From the NCBI GenBank assembly GCA_036172245.1, contig JAYWIR010000013.1, forward strand, positions 3,782,001 to 3,846,000: DNA of 64,000 bases, written 5' to 3'. The notes beneath the pieces were generated by a model. That model saw only the letters and a list, made by a program, of their open reading frames with translations, was not told the origin of the DNA and ran no database searches. The DNA is from Raillietiella orientalis (lineage: Eukaryota). The translations under genes and the position numbers were made by a program. Within the stretch, counting starts at the first letter, position 1. Each line of letters begins with the position of its first letter. This document shows positions 59,700-64,000 of the stretch, one piece after another.

Positions 59700-62600
59700 C
59701 GAACTTTTTCCTGCATCCCTGGCCAAGTTCTCACACCGCCTCTCACACTCATCAATCCTCCAATCCATCCAGCCTGTTTTGCTGGAATTCAGGTTTCATC
59801 TCAACATGAGGGCAGCGTGAGAGAAAAGCATTGCACGTCTGAATCCCTTTTGACATTTGAGAGAGACAGTGTCACATTCCTGGAGCAAGTAATCTCTTAC
59901 GATCTCAGAGCTCATTCCAATCTCAATGGCTTTTCAGGAATCCTAGAAGACGTTGGAATGACGACGAGGTGAAATGAAGTGAATCGCCATCGCTTCCGTT
60001 CCTGAAGTTTATTCCTGAGAGGAAATTCAAGGGAAGAGGTAGCGAAAAATCAGGTCTGGAGTTTCCCAATCGTATCTGGATGCCGGCGAGCCTTCTCTTC
60101 CTCGCTTGTTTCCTCCTGTGGATTGAGTCTTCTCGGCTCCATTCCGACAGAGACACACCCACGGCGGAGCGCTAGCGCTTACAGTTCAGTCCCCGATCTT
60201 CCCAAAATATCAGGCAAATTCCACGCTCAGGAGAAACGGAGTCCCCTGGATCTACTTGCACGACTGGGAGAGAGAGCCATGGTTGCTCCCTTGTCCGAAT
60301 CGAAGAATTCGCAAACCTGCAATCCCGCAAATAGAAAAGTGGACCCTTCCACGTTAACTACCCTACTTTTCCTCTCACAGCACCCTCCTTTCTCTCTGCA
60401 TCCTGTGTGTTTTCCCTCTCCGTACGCCTACCCGGAAATGTACTCGAGCATTTCGAAGCAGACTGAATGGACCGGCATGTCTCAATCTTCCGAAGCAGTT
60501 TTTTTCTGGAACGCATCAAGGAAGCCGTCAGGAGGATTATCTTCGCTTCTCTCTCTGTTTTTCGCAGATCCAGCTGCTGTGCTCTCAGATGTGCTGTTCG
60601 CGAAGATCCGTTTGCATCCCGGTCAGCGCTCATCAGTTCGCGGAAGATTTCCCTGCTTACACTCAGCAATCTGCATCTCAGCACTTCCCGGTCATCTGGC
60701 ACCTAGGCAGCACCTGCGTCTGCACGTAAATCCTCTGATCTCGTGGCGTCCAGGCTCCTGCATGCACAGATCGGTGAGTTGAGCTTTCCTGATTTCATCG
60801 TTTTAGCTTCTTTAAAATTCTCGGTTCGCTGATGTCTCCATCCTCTTCCAGCTGGAGCCATGGAGTGAGGATCACATCGAGGAAAAGGACGCTTCGAAGG
60901 ATCAGACTTCTCAGAATCTTTCCAATTCCTTGCGTGGATTCTGTATTTGCCCTCATCCTCCTCGTTCGGGCGACAGCTTGACTAGCGTCCACACCGTCAT
61001 CTCTTTTCTATCCTGAGGGGAATTTCGCTACTCGCGCAATCGTCAGCTGATGATGAGGCTCGAAGATTTCGCACGCGCTTTTTTTTTTCTTCGTAATTCG
61101 CAACTCCTGACGTTTGCTTCCTTCTTCGTTACGGTCTCAATTCCTCAACGGCAAAAGAAACCAACAGCTTTGGCTGCCGTTGCTTTTCGAGGAGCTGCAT
61201 CGAAACGGTTCCTTCGATAGTTCCTGCACAGAATGAAAGGACGAAATGGAACCCTCTCGCGGGTGAAAAAGGAAACGCTCCTCGCTCCTCTGTGGATCCA
61301 TCAAATGGGTTGGACCATCGACTGCCAAACATCACGCGAATAGCGAGCGTTTGCGACAGGATTCATAGCAACAACACCAATTACTTTACAGCAACAAACT
61401 ATTGCAAGCCCTCGGAGGCAAGTTCAGGACGTCTCCGTGGATACGGTTTCAATCTCGACTATGGAGGATGCGACGAGTAACTAGAGCATTCCCCCTCAGT
61501 ACACGAGCACGGTGTAAATCCATGGGAAGAAAGGTCAAGATGATAAGGAACATGGAATCCAAAGGCAAGGGTGGACGACATGCTTTAGCATCCCGATGAA
61601 TCGACCGCCTGCAGCGAGAATCGGTCACAACATACTGCCCTAAACGAAAAAAACACGAGGAGGGTGCTTTGAGTAGACGCAGCACAGCAGGGTCATGCTC
61701 ACTTCCGCGCATCCCGATCGACCGTGGATTCTGGGGTTCGTTCCAAGGAGGATTCCACGAAATTGCGTTCGATAACATCGAACAAGTGAGGGGAGCAATC
61801 GAATTCCAGGAAATTCCAGGAAATTCATGACGCCTCAGTGCTTGGAGGCTGGTAGGAACCCTTGAAACCTCTGTTTCCTGCACCCCAGGGGAAGCCAGCG
61901 TCGTAGCTGACGGGTAGACCCACTCCATGTAGGGGAAAAAAAAATACGCAATGAGGCACGCACATGCAGATGGAAACGTTCTTGGATTTTATTGGAGGAA
62001 TCTGCAGCCAGGGAGAAAGTATCAAGGGAGACACTCCCATGAGTTTCGACTTTAGGGATTCTAGTTGTCTGTGCAAGGAGATGCAGGGCTACGTTATCTG
62101 CACGCCCGTTGCATTGCTGTAAATCTCCGTGCCTGCTGGACCAGGGTTCGAGCTCAGGGAACAGCGTCCATCTCAAGCTATCGCGCTACATATCATGTAG
62201 AAGCAGCTTCCACAGCATCCTCCCTAGCGGTCCATCTAAGGGAAGGGACGGTTTCGCTTGATTTTTCCTGTAATCATCTCACTCTTTCGGCCTTCTGGAT
62301 GTTCCAAGTGCTCTTCATCATTCCTGATTCCCATCTCTTGCCTCTCACTTTGGTTGTTACCGGAATCAACTACTGGTTGCCCGATCTACGCCCAGGAAAC
62401 CACCAGTCCGAAGGGCTCCTCACATAATAACACAGGCGGTCGACACACATTGGTCACCTCCATTTCTGCTATTTTCTTCCTCTTGTCTGCTTCTTTCGAC
62501 GCATCCCACGACCTTACCTTTGCGTGTGCATTGCATCTCATCCTTTCAGATTTTTCCTTTTTTTCCTCTTTTTCCCAAGGCTCCCTCGTCTTCTTCTGAT

Positions 62601-63600
62601 GGAAAACTCAAATTGCATTTGTGCGGCAGTGGATGGCGTTGTCACTCGCTGCTGCTGCTGCTGCAAGCTATACAAAACCCAGCATCCCTTTCATGAGTCG
62701 CTCGCCTTTACAGCTGCACAGGTGGATCCGTGTAAGGAGATGGAACCCTTCATTAAGCTCGTTTCGAAAGAGTGGCTAACAAGCGAAAATGAATATCCCT
62801 CCTGGCGTCAACACGACACTGCGAGCCCTCTCGGTTTCTTGAGACTTGGGCTCGGCGTTCTGCACCAGTCTGCCGAGAGCACCATCTCGTCCTCCGTGAA
62901 AAAGTTCTTCCAGGCTGCAAGAACAGAACGGGACCTTTGCTTTGGTGTCCTCGCTTGGATCCGTTTCTTGCGCCGAGCAGATTCCCCCCCCCCCCGACCA
63001 CTGCTTTGAAGCACACTGTACGAGCGTTTCCATGAGAATGGTGAGGTTTTATTCCCTCGTCATGACCTGCCGTTCAGATGACCAACTTGCAACATGCTTT
63101 TGCTCCCTTCTCGTGGCCAGTCGTTTCTGAAGTTCAGATGCCTGCCGTCCATTCTATGGAAGCGTCTTCGTTTGACGCTTGAGGCCAAAAAAAAAAAAAA
63201 AAATTCTCCCTAGGCGGCTCTTGAAGTACCTTTGAGCATTTGGATTATTTCCGGACCACCTACTGCCTATTCCATTTTCGCGGTAGAAATTGCCCTATCG
63301 CACTTATAAAACTCATCGTTGGTTGTTGTCGTCATGTAGGGTTCTTCGAATTCGGAGGATATTCGGAAATACCCGCACGTATGCGGAAGTGAATGGCCAC
63401 TCGGAGCGCAGTGGATTCGTGGTTGCACGTGGGAGGAGAACCAAACTGTCGTCAGCATCTGACGATGGAGCAGAGAAACTTCAGACACAATAGGGAAACA
63501 AGAAATAGCATGGAGAGGGCGGCGCGGCCATTTTAGTTCCAGAAGTGCTCCAATAATGGAAAGTGGGTCCATCAGGCTTGGTGGAGGTCCGATGACCAAG
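59700..63600 (-). mobile_element. LINE 5'/internal fragment (ORF1, endonuclease, linker, start of RT)
   Basis: Knuckle-like segment ~62430, 'GVQETE' (LQET) ~61875 and a KxPGxDG/EF-like relic ~60230-60250. Confidence 0.45.
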
Positions 63601-64000
63601 CAGTCAATCGGAAGTCACGAATGAAGAGGGAAGTGGCCACGAAGATTTTCGTTCCGTAAGAGCTGCCCGCGTGTTTTCATTCAAACAGGGGAGCGAGGAA
63701 CCGAATTTACTTTTGTTTTTTTTCCCTTCTTCCTCGTCGCCGTGGATACGGCTTCAACCTTGACTCATCAGCTTGCTTTATCGCCCGAGAGACGGCAAAA
63801 ATCTGATAAGGAGGAGGGAGGTGAGCTTGCAGGTCGAGACGCACCTCTCGGCTCCACTAGCAGAGCGTTTGCGAGACGCGAGCAGCCTCTGGATCTTCTC
63901 CCTCTCCTTCTCCAGATAATGTGACTGTGTGGCAGCGTTGAGTCCGGCTTTAATAAGCAGTACTCTGGACCGATGCCTCTTTGCTCAGAGGAGATGGGAA

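Noticed and set aside
1..64000. CRISPR arrays, rRNA/tRNA genes, prokaryotic operons, intact viral genes
   Set aside because: No regularly spaced repeats, no recognisable structural RNA sequence and no dense coding organisation were seen. tRNAscan/Infernal were not run.

Overview
This window looks like eukaryotic, most likely animal (bilaterian invertebrate-like), genomic DNA. It is GC-rich and shows no obvious bulk CpG depletion. I found no intact protein-coding gene, RNA gene, CRISPR array or prokaryotic operon, and the six-frame ORFs are nearly all chance GC-rich frames or pieces of decayed elements. Most of the window is a graveyard of 20 or more heavily frameshifted non-LTR retrotransposon (L1/Tx1-like LINE) fragments. 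I recognised them by eye from ordered, degenerate motifs: ORF1 CX2C zinc knuckle; APE endonuclease QET / GVA / NVYAP / GDFN / SRxD / SDH; RT NxDYK / DxEKAFD / GVRQG / YADD / YLG / GGLG; C-terminal LHxxLP...CxxC...ESxxH. One family has several 3' ends sharing a conserved ORF2 C-terminus and a structured 3' tail with apparent stem covariation, which is the most interesting signal here. Also present: a decayed KRBA2/SCAND3-type (Ginger-like) integrase relic at about 42.5-43.4 kb, a very GC/CpG-rich island at about 11.5-20.5 kb with ETS, NRF1, NF-Y, GC-box and RFX-like motifs and candidate splice sites, a near-identical ~560 bp duplication, an inverted ~157 bp duplication, perfect palindromes, microsatellites and several TAAT-rich enhancer-like islands. 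Element boundaries are approximate (about 100-200 bp) and all family assignments need HMM confirmation.
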